Positions 24,233-37,800 of a stretch of 64,000 nt of DNA are shown here, piece by piece. The position numbers and the translations under genes were made by a program. Source of the stretch: Ginglymostoma cirratum (lineage: Eukaryota); contig JAHRHZ010000218.1 of assembly GCA_024137785.1 (NCBI GenBank), forward strand, positions 10,067,624 to 10,131,623, given 5' to 3'. The notes below the pieces were generated by a model that did not search any database, was not told the DNA's origin, and worked only from the letters and a program-made list of their open reading frames with translations. Each line of letters opens with the position of its first letter. The stretch's first letter is position 1.

Positions 24233-26556
24233 GCCTTCATCCGCTTTCTGCTACCTCACCCTCATACTATCTCTGCTACCACACCCACCTCCCCACAAAG
24301 GCTACACTCTGGCCCTCTCACTGCCACATTTGGCATCTTCCCTGATTCACTCTCATTCACCAATGCCCCTAGACCACTAACTATGCTTGGCCTCTGTGCC
24401 CTTACTCACTGACTCACTCAGGTCACCTTTCCTCTACTTGTACCAGCATTAACAATGATGCTAGCCACTTCCATCTCACTGAATCTCTCCTTTTGTCTCA
24501 CCCCAGGAGCAAACAGCCCAGAGTAAGTCAGAAAAAGTCCAGTCTTCCACTCCCCATCCCCAACGAGGAGATCATCCTCCCAAGTGGCTGGCTGTATGAG
24601 CCCACGCCCCTGGACTGATTTCAGATGAAGCCTTTGACTGATTGTATGGGAGCTCCCTGACTCGATTGAGGACTTTGGCTTTGAGATATGGCCATTTGGT
24701 TAATGCTCATGCTTTGTACTTGATACGCAGGCTGCTGGTGCATGATATATATGTCATATTGGGATAGGATGGCGCATTACAACAAACTCTCCATCCTTTT
24801 GACTGATGACTGCTAAGAATCCTGATTAGTTGCCTGGCTTTCTATCTGCACTGAAATGCTGTGAGCCTTTAGGGTCTGGCTCAGGGAGTGAAGCACAAAA
24901 TGGCCAGGCTTAGCAGAAATGCTGTGAGCATCCAGGTAGGCGTAAAATAAGTGTGTACTAAGAGCCCTGAGATGCTCCCGGTCCGGTCCCTGAGCTGAGT
25001 TCCTGACCCCACACACAGAGTGTCCTTGCAGCAGCAATGCACCGAAAGGGTCTGGTATGCTCCGAGTGCAGCGCTGAACTGCAGATGCATACTGTAAATG
25101 AAATGGGGAGGCGCAATGATGATGCAGCGAGACTGGTATGTTTCCCATGCCAATCTCCTTATACTTGGGGTGCAAGTGGCCACTGTCCAATGAGACTGCC
25201 CTGTGATGTTGCCAGATGTCCAAGATGCAGGTCTAGAGGAGCGAGCAGTTGCCATGGTACCCCCACTGACTTTCATGTCGGGATTTCTCGGTGTCTGATT
25301 TCTATCCAGGTTGGGAGAAAAGGAACCTGCACATAAATTTGGCAAGATTTGGTGTTAATGAGTGGTAGTGAGTGGTAATGCCTACTAATAGGCCTCTCAT
25401 CACTCGCTAGCGAGAACCTTGTCTCAATGTCCCGAACGTGTTCGGGAAATGCGACTTTTCAGTCTTGACATCAAGAAGGGCCACACTTGATATCTAACGT
25501 GATTTTTCCAAATTTTCTGCCATAGCCAACATCCCTCAGGGCCTAAGATGATTTCATCCCACATCATCATGCCTTTTCTTGGAGCAACTCATGCACCATT
25601 TCAGCCTTGAAACACTTTACTTCGGAGCTCAAGGACATCTACAATTGCATACTTCTACAAGGATGCTTTGTACACAGGGATACATCACATCCATTCATCA
25701 GCATAAGATACACCTTATGGGTCTTAGCTTGCTTTCTTAGTGTTCATTCACATTGTACTTATTTGGAGATGCCAGCCTCTGTGTACTTTCTTAGTGGTCA
25801 AGGTCTTTCATGCTCCATTACAGGTTGCCAGTCTCTGTGGCTTGCATTGCTTTTTAGCACCAAGGGAGAGGCAAGCAGCATTTCGTATAGGGGAGCACTG
25901 AACAGTCAGGGGGTTAGGTGTGTGGCTGCTTGGCACACCTGCAGCATGTGTCAGCACACATGATAAACACACTCCATGTGCTTCAACCAATGACCAAAGG
26001 TCTCTTAATATAATGAAGGGGAACTATGGTCAGTCGGGGTACTGCCACTGTCAGAATAGACTGCTCCTATTCCAGTCAAGGGGTTTGTCCATAGTCAGCC
26101 AGGCACTTGGGCTATCCATAATCCAGGAATCTGCGTCCTAATAGCCTGGGAATTGCACCATGCTCATTTTCCAAGGTCAAATGTAACCTGTTTAGGGATT
26201 ACAGGTAGGTCAGTCAGGGTGCAGTGGAGACATTAGTTTGGGAGTGGACTAATTCCTGCTGTGATGAGAACACAGTAAAAATTGTGTATGATAGAAAGGG
26301 ATGGAAAAGGAGTTAATGGTAAATTGCCAGCTGAACCAGCAGTGAGGTATCCCCAGTGAGTATGTAGGGGGCACAAAGGGCAGGACAGGTTAGTGGTTTG
26401 CAGGATGGAAGTGGGTGACAGCATGTTCCGTGGACATGATACATGGAATAGTGATAGTTGTCTTTGAATTTTGCTGAAAAATCTGTGAAGTGAAAGAGTT
26501 AGAATGAATGATGACCCTGTGAGTGTGAGGGCACAGAGGGAAGATGGTGGCCCATT

Positions 26557-26743
26557 TCCTTGTGGAGGCCAGCCGATCACTGACTTTTTTGTACTACTGG
26601 GCCTCCCACTTCACCCAGGACATAGCACTGAATTGGGCTGCCATTCGGGTTCAGGCTGCCTTGCTCTGGGTCTGTGGCCTCCAGCGGCAGTCGCTCCTCT
26701 CCACCAACACCTCCAGGTCCCTGTTTCTGTTACTCTGGGCCAT
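26557..26743 (-). mobile_element. Harbinger Myb/SANT-like ORF remnant
   Basis: Minus strand MAQSNRNRDLEVLVERSDCRWRPQTQSKAA*TRMAAQFSAMSWVKWEAQ*YKKVSDRLASTR, with stops at the positions of conserved W and Q residues. Confidence 0.65.
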
Positions 26744-28647
26744 GGCTTTGATGATGAAAATCAAGCAGCACAGTTGTTAGGGGACTTCCCTAGTTTGCAG
26801 CATCTAACGTTGTGTGCAGTGGGCTTTATAAACTTAGTTCTAATAAAATATGGTGCCAGCAGTGATACATCTCTCCAGCCACACAGAAATGCACCAAGAG
26901 CTTGAGTTCATACTTAGTGAGATATAGAGCAGAAGATTTTGTGAGGAAGATTACTGTAGCCACGGCGGACTGAGACAAAGCACTTCAACTGAAAATGAAA
27001 ATTTCCTGCCCACTATGAATCATGATGTATCTGTATATATTACTTCAATGGGGTAAGATTGTCTGTCACAAAGTCCTGATTTCAATGCTCTGCATCAATT
27101 AACAGTGAGTTAGTGTGACAAGGATGTAGTGCCAGTAGGGAGCCACGTAAGTAACATTTTTAGAATTTTAATTGTTAAGTCAGTTTTGATTCCATCTGTA
27201 ATGAGAAACAGAACAGCCACTTTTGGATAGCTTCATTCTTAAACTTTAGGAGGAATCCTCTGAGTCTGGAGGCACAAAGTCAACTTACTTATTCAGGGTG
27301 GCAGTGTCCCAGAACTCCTCCACCTCCATCCAAATTGAGTTCTCAGCACAAAGACCTCAGCTCCACCTTCCTGCCCTACTGCCAATTTGGGGCCCTTAAG
27401 TAGTCAATTCATGATCGTTTAAGGATCGCTAAAGGGTCTATTCCCACCTGGGCTGAAATTGTCTCAGCTCCGTATGGGTCTAAAATAGAGTCAGCCCACC
27501 CAGCTGATAAACATGTGTGGCCAGGCTGTCAGTTGTTATGGGAAAGAGAGTCTCTAAATCTGCATTAATCTGTTCACAATCAAGGCACTGCACACAGGAT
27601 GAGAACCGACCCCCTTGCTATGTTGCTGACCCCATCCCGTGTCTCCGTCTTCCTATGACTCCCAATTTCCAATTTCCCCCCCTCCACCTCCACTTCACAA
27701 AAGCCCTAGCACTTGTGAATGTGGTTGTCCTTCCTGTCAGCAGCCATAGCCTCGTAAGTCACTGGGTAGGAATTGTGCCCCTCAGGGACTGCTGATTGGA
27801 GGAATATGCACCAGCTTTGCTCTGAACTGTCAGCTCAGGTATCTCACCTATGGGACACCCAATGAAAACAAAAGGTTCTGCCCCTTAGCAAGAAGGGTAT
27901 TCTTGAAAAGTAGGAAATGTGAATAACTTATTAATACTCATTTCAAATTAGGGACTATTTCCATGGAGACCCATTGGTGCTCTGCTGCCAAACAATTTCC
28001 TGCTCCTGTCATTAAATCTCCATGACACTTCTGAAGGGTTCAGTGCATTGGGTATAAACTCTGATAATAGGCCCCAGGAGGCAAAATGATCCAAGCATCA
28101 TGTTGACTGCGTTGAGGTGAGTTTGTAGCTTAATCTGCCAGTCCCAAGCTGACCCCTGACCCCGGATAAAACCTTACGTGTGTATTTCAAGAAATTGTTC
28201 ACAAAGATTCCCTTGAGGAATGCACACCTTGAAACAAATTGAAATTTTGCTAGAAGGAAGAAACCTTTGCAAATCCACATACAAATTTGGTGAACGAAAC
28301 ACAAAAATAATTTCTTTATCCATGAAAATCTTGGCAGAGGACTGTGTTTTAAAAAAAGCATGTCTAATAAAGTCTTTGAGTGGATTTTCTGCACTGTCAA
28401 AATCAATTAAAAAATTTCAAATAAGAATATACTGCTAAATTAAATGGTCACAAGCATTTTTTTCACAATTGAGAGCTTAGTGGCATCACAACATCATTAC
28501 TTCAGCATTCTAAGGATTTTTGTTTTGAAGAGAGTACAATAACATAAGATAGATTATCTGGATCTAGGAATAATATTTACCAAATATCAGATTGTGCATG
28601 TAAAGTGATGACAGTTGACATGAAAGTAGCTGTCAGTCAACAGTGAC

Positions 28648-29170
28648 AACAACAATTTATATGTCACCTTCATGTAATAAAATGTCCTAGAGCACTTCAC
28701 AGGAGCATTATTAAACAAAATACGATAGTGAAATACATAAGGAAATAATAGATGACCAAAAGCTTGATCCAAACGGTAGGTTATAAGGGATGCCTTAAAG
28801 GGGAAAAGTGAGATAGAAAAGCAGAGGTGTCTGGGGATTATTCAAGGACAGTCACTGATAGAGGAGTGAATAAAATTAAGGATGTTCAAAATGTGAGATA
28901 TCTCAGAGCATTGCGGGATTGAGGTGATTATAAAGATAGGGAACAACAGACTATGGAGGGATTTGAAAATTAGGATAAGAATTTTACAATCAAAGTTTTA
29001 CTTAACTAAGTGCCAATATAGGTCACTGAGAACAGTGGTGACAGATGACCACAAGCTAGTTTAAGTTAAAACAGAAGAAGCAATTTTTTTGGATGTCCCC
29101 AAGCTTATGGAGGGTAGAAAGTGGTGGACCAGCCAGGGGTGTATTGGAGCAGTACATTTTGAGGTAATAT
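28648..29170 (-). mobile_element. L2 LINE 3' end
   Basis: Begins caacaacaatttatatgtcaccttcatgtaataaaatgtcctagagcacttcacaggagc, the reverse complement of an L2-type 3' terminus, followed by decayed ORF2 sequence. Confidence 0.65.
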
Positions 29171-29672
29171 CGGGTGACAGATTCTGCTGCCTCTACTATT
29201 GCCTACTTACTGCTGATGTCAATTAGGAGTCTGGTTATCGGCATGGACTACTGATTGGGGGGTGAGTTTGTGTTCAGCATGGGACCTGGCATCAGTGGTG
29301 GTGGCGAGGTGGGCCCAGTAGTGAAGAGAAGGCATCTAAAGAGTGGCAACACCCCTTTGGTGGGTCCAGCACATGCAGTGGCGAGGCAGTGGAGGCACAG
29401 GTGGCATTGGTGAAACAGCTCAGGACTCAGGACTCATGGCAGAGGCAGTGGAACAAAGATAGACTGTCTTATATCTTTTTTACTCTTGTTATTCCTAAAC
29501 TATTCAAAATGGTGGCAGCTTGTGACAACAGTTGAAGCTTTTCACTCTGTTTCACTGTATTATTAACTGTAAAATGCAAGTGGCAATAAATCATTGAATC
29601 CAATTCAGTTAGGTTATAATTTGGTTGATCATTGCCATTCATAGTAGTAAATAAGCATAGTATGAGAATAGA

Positions 29673-29896
29673 GACAACACAGTGTGGAGCTGGATGAAGA
29701 AAGCAGGCCAGGCAGCATCAGAGGAGCAGGAAAGCTGATGTTTCGGGTTGGGACCCTTCTTCAGAAATTTCTGGAGAAGGGCCCTGAGCCGAAATGTTAA
29801 CTTTCCTGCTCCTCTGATGCTGCCTGACCTGCTTTCTTCATCCAGCTCCACACTGTGTTGTCTCTGACTCCAGCATCTGCAGTTCTTACTATCTCC
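29673..29896. mobile_element. Palindromic Penelope-type element with two back-to-back hammerhead-ribozyme cores
   Basis: 98-bp inverted arms 29670-29767 / 29768-29865 with no spacer. Minus core CTGAAGA-A-GGGT-CCCA-ACCC-GAAA-CATC; plus core CTGgAGA-AGGGCCCTGAGCC-GAAA-tGTT. 15-bp TSD TAGTATGAGAA(T/C)AGA at 29658-29672 and 29897-29911. Confidence 0.85.
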
Positions 29897-30029
29897 TAGT
29901 ATGAGAACAGACACAGAAAATGAAAACAGAAATAGAAAATGTCGTTGTTCTTAATTGTATGCATCTTGTTGTATGGTATCAAACTTGATTAGCTTACGTG
30001 AAAGTTATATACCAAGAATGCAGAGCCTC

Positions 30030-30180
30030 TGCTGTTTTAACCTTGCATGCCTTGCTCTGTCTAAGCACCCTGTGACCTGTAGGTCCTTGTTTGCTATGAT
30101 CTGCCTGTACTGCTCGCAAAATAAAACTTTTCACTGCACTCAGGTACATGTGACTACAATAAATCAAATCAAATCAAATA
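30030..30180 (+). mobile_element. Rex1/Babar-like LINE 3' tail with (ATCAA)n
   Basis: aaaacttttcactgcactcaggtacatgtgactacaataaatcaaatcaaatcaaat. A related tail ends at ~29608 (gcttttcact...gtggcaataaatcattgaatc). Confidence 0.45.
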
Positions 30181-31869
30181 TTATGGCTTTCCAAAGAAAT
30201 GATGTTCTTGTATTCTGAATCTTATAAACTGCCAATATCTGCTTAAATATGCTAGTTTATTTTAGCCCTTTAACAATGCTGCTGACATTGAGTCTCTCAT
30301 CAGCAAAGCAGACAAGAGCTTTAAAGTACAAGAGGTTGAGTCACAAATTAGAATCTGAAACACAGTGGAGAGTGTGTGCCCCAGATGAGCCGTGGTTGCA
30401 TAAAGAACACCCTTTGGCAGTGACCCATATGATACTTTGCCTGTATTAAATCAAAGCATAAATGATCCCTTAGTTAGATCAACATGTCAGCACTGACTTA
30501 TGCCAAGGGCTTTAAAGTTGCACTAAATGCAATATTGCATCCATAATTACAGATATTCACAGTAGCGGTATAAAACACTTGTTTTCTGAAAACAATACCA
30601 CAATTCAACAAATTTGTAAAGAGAGCATGATTCACCATTAGTGAATTATGTGCAGTATATCTAAGAAATCTAGCCAACCCCTGTTGGGTATTATTAAACA
30701 CACATTGGCATAATTGGAGACCATTGACTTCAATGAACAGTCAGATTTTCATTAAATTTCTCATAGACTTTAATTTCTAAACAGACTAAGCCTTTGGGCC
30801 CACTCAGAAGGCTCCTTATACAATACGTCAACTGAGTACTGCACGACTGTACTTCAGGTCGTCACCATGTCAGTGTCAAAAGCTAGAGGCTAAAGGTAAA
30901 GTGCAACAATTCATCAACTGAAGGGTAACAAGTCAGGGTTGCATGTCAGCACCCTGAATGAGTAAGATTGTTCAGCTTTAGGAAATACAGATTTAAGAAC
31001 AGATTTTTGTAAATCATTTGTTCCCTGGTCAAGGATCATAGGCAGGAGACTGCACTGTGGCAGGAAGAAATGTTTCATGCCCCAGATTTGTTTGGGTATT
31101 GGGTGTTTCTTTTTTGGCCACCTTAATACCTGTACTCCACAATTACTGACACGACCAGATATTACTACTTTGACGCATCCCACATGACCCAGTACGCTAA
31201 GCACCTCCAGCCCAAGTTCTCCATTTATCCAGGAATGAAACTTTCCCCCAAACCATTTACAACTGCAGCCTCAAACTCCAGTAACCATTGACTACCATTT
31301 ATTATAATCCCTCTAGACCAATTGAGTTATTCATCTACCCTCACCTTCAATGTACTCGTCCTGAGTGAAAACTTCATTAGTGACAACTTCTATTGTTGCC
31401 TCTATAAATTCTCTCCATTTACTCACTCAAGTAAAAATAAAACTCACTTGTCTGCACCTGATCCACAAGTAGTCATTCTTCATCTGTTATGGGGCTGTCG
31501 AGCATATTAAGATTTACTGAGCTGTCCTGTTCTCTGCTGAAACTGCTCAGAGCTCTGGACCATTCTAGAGGACCAGGTAACAATTGTTTTTAATGTTTCT
31601 CTTGCAAGGTCTCTGTAATCTTATCTCTGATCTAAGCGCCATCTGCTCGTGGATTATTCTTCCAACTGCCCTTCCATGAAATCCAATTCCATCTCCCCAC
31701 CCAGTTCCCATCCCATAATCCCATCAAATCTCTAATTCATTCCCATCCCCTCCCAATGCACATCTTGGATATTAGCACTATCTGCTCTCTCAACTCCATT
31801 TCTATTAAATTCCTGACCACCCATCTTGTCTTCTTTTTCACATGGTGCCTGACATTATAAAATTACAGG

Positions 31870-32700
31870 ACTTTATAAAATAGTGGTTTAGCCTCAACTG
31901 CAGTATTGTGTCCAATCCCGGGCACCAACTTCAGGTCATTGGAGTGATGCAGGGAAGATGAAGAATAATGATCCCGAGGATGAGAGACTTCAGTTGTGTG
32001 GAAGGATTAGCAAATCTGGGGTTGTTGTTTTTATAGAATACAATATTGAGAGGAGATTTGATAAAGTGTTCAAAGTTATGAAGGACCTGGGCAGAACATG
32101 TAGAAAGAAGCTGTTTCCCATTTGGGTGGGGGATGGGGAATATTGGCGACCAGAGAACGACATTTTGGGGTGATTTGTAAAAGAATCAACAGTGACAGCA
32201 ATTAGCGAAGACAGTGGTGTAATAGTAATGTTACTAAGCTAGCATCCAGAGGACACTAGTTTGAATCCCATCATGGTAGATGGTGAGATTTGAATTCTCG
32301 TCTTATGGTAACCATTGTCGATTGTTGTAAAAAGTAATTTCCATTTCATTCACATATATCTTTTAGGGAAGTAAATCTGCCATCCTTACCTGGTCTAGCC
32401 TACATATGACTCCAAATCTGCAGCAATGTGGCTGTCTCTTAAATGCCCTCTGAGTAATTAGGGATGGGCAATAAACTGTGGCCTAGCTAATGACACCCAC
32501 AGTCCCATGTATAAAATAAAATAAAATCTGGAATGCACTGTCTTAGAATATGGTAGAAGTAATTTCAAGCACACTTTCAAAATGTAACTGGATAATACTC
32601 TGAAGAGAAAATATTGCAGAACTATTGAGAGAGAGAGCAGGAGAGTGGAACTAGATAAGTGCCTGTTACAGAGTTTTGCCATAGACAAAATGGGTTCAAT
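31870..32700 (+). mobile_element. Decayed CR1 3' fragment interrupted by a SINE (32206-32526)
   Basis: tttataaaatagtggtttagcctcaactgcagtattgtgtccaatccc encodes an LYK.LVRPQLxYCVQ-like motif. CR1 3' sequence resumes after the SINE A-rich tail. Confidence 0.6.
32206..32526 (+). mobile_element. tRNA-headed SINE (same family as 23128-23486)
   Basis: A-box-like gtggtgtaatagta, B-box-like gtttgaatccc, same body and same tgccctctg junction to the LINE 3' end, (ATAAA)n tail. Confidence 0.8.
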
Positions 32701-35700
32701 TTTCCCAGCTCCTGAACAGTGTGGGCAATGGCAATTCAGTTTAGAAATTATGATGAGATCAGAAAAATTAGATTCCGAACATCTGGACAAAAAAGTTGGA
32801 TTTTCCACTCCACATTTGAATGATGAGAACCTCACTAATAGGTAGCAAGAAGCCTATTTGCTTCTTTTATACATGGCTTGATATTTCTCCATGATGCAGA
32901 GAGAAAACTAGATGGTGACAATGCATGAAAGTCAGAGTGGCAACCTGGTGGCTCCTGCTCACCACCAGGGCTCCTCCAAGGCTTTATCTTGGCCAGCCAG
33001 CCCAACATATCAGGGCACGCTCCATGGTCAGCAACCACCTGCAACCTCTGTCCACAGCTTGGCATCAGATATGCTCCAGTCTCACCACATCAATGCCACC
33101 CATACAGTCTGTAACAGCAGTATGTATGACAAACACACTTAAATGTGCTTCAACCAAACAGCCATCTCTCAAAGTCCAAGGCCATACTACTTAGTCTAGT
33201 AAATGGAGAACATCCTTCAGTCAGGGGTTACTGACACAGTAGGTCAAGGGTATCATCCGATTTCGGTACAAGGGCTTAGACACGGTTAGTTGGGCACTTG
33301 GGGCATCCTGGATTGAAAACCTGTGTCAGTACAGTCCCATGAGTGGTCACAGCCATTCCTGCAGGTTCAGGGCAACCAGTCCAGAGATAGCAATAAGCCA
33401 ATCATGGAGCAGCATAGAAATCCCTAAGGGGTCTGGGCATTCATCAGAAACGGCTCTCAGGTAGTGGTGTGAGCTACAATCAGTCCAGGGGTTCCTTTCA
33501 CTGAACATTGGGGTAGCGGGGAAGTGGTGAGCTTAGCATGGATCACTGCTGTGGTAGGGAAGCTGGGAAACTCAATTTTGAGCATTGATACATCTGGGAT
33601 GCAGAGGGGATAATAATTGTGAAGAGAAGGAACTCAAAATATAAATGGGTGGGGAGACAATAAAGCACGGGATGACAAAGCATACTGTGTGTGGGGTGGG
33701 GGGGTGGTCCCCGCCATACCTTTCAGTGGAGTGAACAACACATAGCTGTATTTGGCATAACTAAGCTGTATGGCTAAGGCTGTAGGAGTAAAGTGAGGAG
33801 ATTAGCTGTTCAATAGAAGAATTGGATGGGAACATGGGCAAGATTAAAGATGAGGGGGTTGACAGGGAGAGCAAGCCAGAGAGGAACATTGAAGATTTAG
33901 GGAAGTATCACCTAAACAGTGAGGCTGAGCCTGGGATTCACTCCGTGCAGTGTGACCTATGCTGCCTTCCATCCTCATCCAATTCATAAATGTGCCATTG
34001 AAATGCAAAATGGATGCCACCACACACTAACGTGTGGTATGGGTAGGTGTTTTTATCTCTGAGCGAGCGACTTCACTTTTGTGCGATGTTACACCTTTCA
34101 AAGGTCAAGAGAGTTAAACAGACAGGCATACACTACAGATTAAAAATGTCTGTTATCACACAATTCTGTGTGCAGGCGACATGCATAGTATACTGTGTTG
34201 AATAAAAGTCCCGATCATAGACAATCTTGACCATATCATTTAACATTATAAATTAACCAACTAATGGTTTTGAACACAAGTAGTTGTGCAAACTGTAAAG
34301 ATTCACCTTAGATGCTAAAGTCACAATCACTTTGTAGGTGCAAAGCATACAAAAGGTGCAGAAGCTGCTCACTTCACATTTTGGACTGTTAAATGTTTGC
34401 ACCATTACCCAACATACCATGCTACTTTTATTGGGTAATGTAAGAACTGGAGTTGGGGAGACGTTCTAGTATTTGCCGCACCACCTACAAATGAGTGTTG
34501 TATATTTGCCAAACAGCTTGAAGTGTATACATCTGACTCAAGTCATCACAGTGCCAGGTCCATTTCGAGTCATTCTGTTAGCCTTTATGTCCCAGTGTTT
34601 AGAGGATGCTATTCCATGCTGTGACTGCTGAATGATCACATTTCTGAGGAGCTACATTGTTCCTGATATTTCCAACACAGGGTCAATGGAACATCCCCAA
34701 TGGATCCAGACACAGAAACTCCTTTTGTCTCTGTGGCTGCTGTACCAAGATTGTCCACTTGAATGAATGAAAAATACATGCACCTGGAAGTTCAGAACTA
34801 GCTTCAACCTCTAACATATACAGTGACACCTCTTACAGGGAAGCCTCTAGCCGTAGGTGCCTCAGGATTTGGTGAAAATGCAGGAGTGCTACAGTCGCTC
34901 ATCTTCCGCAGAATGCCATGCAGATAAGAGGGGGCAGCAGCATTATATTCTGTGCAGAAGTGGAGGATAGAACTCCATGTCATGATGCCCAGTCTTCTTC
35001 CTCTGGAGCTAACAAGGGTCATAAGATGTCTCCCTCACATCACCTTCCATGTCGGCCATATCTGGAAGCTCATTCAAGTATCGCTCAGTCTGGCAACGCT
35101 GCTAAATCCATAGATTATCTTGTCTGACCTTTCTCTCTCAGGGGGGTGCGAGGATACTATGTGATGTTCAGTTTGAATCTATGTGAGCTGCAGCATTGTG
35201 CCAAATTACAACTTGAAGATACCCTTCAGATGGAACAGCAGCACCATCAACTGAAGCAGTGGAAATAGGACTATTTTTTCAATGTCATTCAATGGAAGTT
35301 AGGTAGATGAAATCATCTTTCACTGACTGGAAATACCAGTGTCCTTCAAATAACCCCAGCTGCAAGTACAGGTTACCTCTTTGTTCTTTGTGGTCCATGC
35401 TGCTAATTAACGTCAAGGTTACAAGTTGATGGAAACCTTTGGAACCTCTAATGCTTCCTCATTCAACCATGACATAATTTCATGCCAGTCTGGTCACAAT
35501 GGGAGGAATTGACATTATTCAGACAGGAGTAGATCATTGTGTGGTGCTAAGAAATCCTAGCCTCTGTACTTCCATTCTTGTAGCTACAGCTAGAATGACA
35601 TTTGCTCGCACAGCTGATGATGAAAAGTTATCATATATTTACAAATGTGAGGCTAGTTTTTACAATGAAGTTTTACCTCTGTGCTCTCAGCGGGTTTTCC

Positions 35701-36457
35701 TTCTCTTTTCTCTCCCACTATGTCTAGGTGCCGTCCTGGGTTCCATTGCTGGGATGGGAGGAGACTGTCCTGCAGTTGAGCCTGTTAGCCTTGGAGTTTT
35801 TGGCTGGCAGCCCCGAGGTATTTGGAGGCATCAGGGCCTCCAGGTCGCTGCTGGTAAATGGGAGTACCAAGTTATCTCGTTCAACCATTTGCGGAGCCAT
35901 TGCTTCCACACAGCAACCGTGGCAGTCGGCAGTGATTGACCTAGTGCACAGCTGGGCTTTAAGTGTGGCAAAAATCTTGCAAAGACTTGGATAGAGAGTC
36001 CCCAGATGTGCCCTGCGCAGCTACAGGCTCACTCTCTTTGACATGAACTCCTACATGGTGGGTATTGCAGGCTGCATGGTGGTGGAGGGCCCAAGGTTCT
36101 CTGAAGTGTCCGGAGAGGTGAACAATTGGGGGTGGGCGTGCTGGCTGAGGGTTGTGGGGGCTCTGTGTGGGACTACCTACTGACTGCTATTTATTTGCAT
36201 AATCCAATCTCCTTGTGTGAAAGGAACACACCTGGATTGAGGTCAATGTCCCTCATCCCCCTATTGCCTTGGCAGACAATCGTGAGATGACCTGAATGGG
36301 CTATACAGAGGGCATGTAGGATTAGTAGTCTAGGGGTGGGGGAGGGGGTGGCGTTGAGGTGGTTGGAGTGAGTGAGTGACAATGCTGCATGCAATTGTGA
36401 GAGTGGTAGACCATGAGCCTTGGTGGCACGTGTAGGAAATAGCTGAGATAGGTTGAG

Positions 36458-37113
36458 TGTGACACAACTGAGATAATACTTACCTTTTGTGATGATACTA
36501 AGAATTTAAGAGATGCATTTTGTCCCTTTTTATGGGAGATTGAGACATAGTTGCTGAGCTGTCTACTCCAAGTTAATAAAGTAAACATCTTATGAGGCCT
36601 TGGGTATTTTTAAAAAGATGGAACAATAGAAGCAACATGAATAGGTGGAGTCAGGCTCCCACAGAACCAGGGTTTTAGTTTAGCTGTCGGGAGTTGCTCC
36701 AGTCTTGAAACTGGCAATGGAAGCTGTTGTTCCTCTCTCTGTTACAGCTAAAAGCTGGAGTTCTCTCTGCTGAGAAAATAGGATGTGAGACAATCTATTT
36801 TACTGAACTTGCCTTTGCCAAGGGTGCGTTTATGGAATGTTACTATGTTGGAACAGGCACTGTTGAGTAATTAAATAATCTATTATTCTGTTAAGTTTTC
36901 AAAAAGAGTTAAGTTACATCAACCCTTCTTTCTTTTGTTTGTATTTTAACTGTAGATTAAGAATGAAGTGTGTTTTCCTTAAAGCTGAGTAGTGTAACCA
37001 ATCAAATTACATCTGGAATACAGCACTTCATACTTACTTTTAAATAAGAAAAATGTTAGGTTCCAGGCTATCTCCTTGATATACTTGAAGGGGGTTTATT
37101 CTGATCCATAACA
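36458..37113 (+). mobile_element. LTR-like insertion (left boundary uncertain)
   Basis: TG...CA termini (ends gatccataaca) and it abuts the broken end of the Harbinger Myb remnant at 37114. No clean TSD found. Confidence 0.4.
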
Positions 37114-37577
37114 TCTTGAGGAGGGCAGAAGGTCATTACCTTTTCCCTCTGTTGTTGAACATTACTCCAGACATGGATCTCTGGGTAAAAACTGAAAGAA
37201 CTACAGATACAATAAATCGGAAACAAATGAAAAGAAATTACTGGAAAAGCTTAGAAGGTCTGGCAGCATCTCTGGAGAGAAATCAGAGTTAACATTTCAA
37301 GTTGAGTGATCCATTCTGAGGAAGTGTCATTTGACCCGAAACGTTAATATTTATTTATCTCCAGAGATACTGCCAGATCTGCTGAGTTTTTCAGCAATTT
37401 CTCATTTGGTTATGGATCTCTGGGTGGCAACCTCAAAGTAGCAGGCAGGGTCTGGTTCTGTGGTCTCCTCTGATGGTCCTGGAGAAAGAGGACAGAGCTC
37501 TACTCCACAACCGTGTCGATTAGGTCCTTCAGGCCTCTGTCTGTAAACCAAAGTGCTGGCTTCTTTTTGTCAGCCAT
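37114..37577 (-). mobile_element. Harbinger Myb/SANT-like ORF remnant split by the palindromic ribozyme element
   Basis: Minus MADKKKPALWFTDRGLKDLIDTVVE*SSVLFLQDHQRRPQNQTLPA..EVATQ, then the insertion, then ..SNVQQQREKV..NDLLPSSR. Confidence 0.7.
37187..37411. mobile_element. Palindromic Penelope-type element with hammerhead core (+ strand 37316-37345)
   Basis: Inverted arms; core CTGAGGA-A-GtGTC-ATTT-GACCC-GAAA-CGTT. Exact 14-bp TSD ATGGATCTCTGGGT at 37173-37186 and 37412-37425. Confidence 0.85.
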
Positions 37578-37667
37578 ACCTGGGGCAATTCTTTCCACAC
37601 TCCAAAAGTGAACAAGAGTTCATTACTGGCAGTGATTCACCTGTGTATGTTCATTAAAAGAAAAATC

Positions 37668-37800
37668 AGCTCTGAAGAGGAGTCACATCTGATTCAAGGG
37701 ATTAATTTGTTTTTCAATGCAGGTTCTGCCAGACTTGCTGAGTTTCTCCACTACTTTTTATTTCAGATTTCTGGCATCTACAGTATTTTGCTTTCATTTC
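37668..37800 (+). mobile_element. Single-arm, older copy of the hammerhead-bearing element
   Basis: CTGAAGA-G-GAGTC-acatct-GATTC with decayed GAAA, then the family tail tctgccagacttgctgagtttctcca...tttcagatttctggcatctacagtattttgc. Confidence 0.6.

Noticed and set aside
29670-29865. Classical MITE or pre-miRNA interpretation of the palindromes
   Set aside because: TSDs are long and variable (10-15 bp), arms are asymmetric in extent, and single-arm copies exist. This fits retrotransposition with inversion better than a TIR transposon. There is no evidence for miRNA processing.
23500-36450. Numerous 60-155 aa ORFs as a second gene
   Set aside because: No coherent exon chain or recognisable host protein. 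They overlap on both strands and fall in decayed transposon-like sequence.
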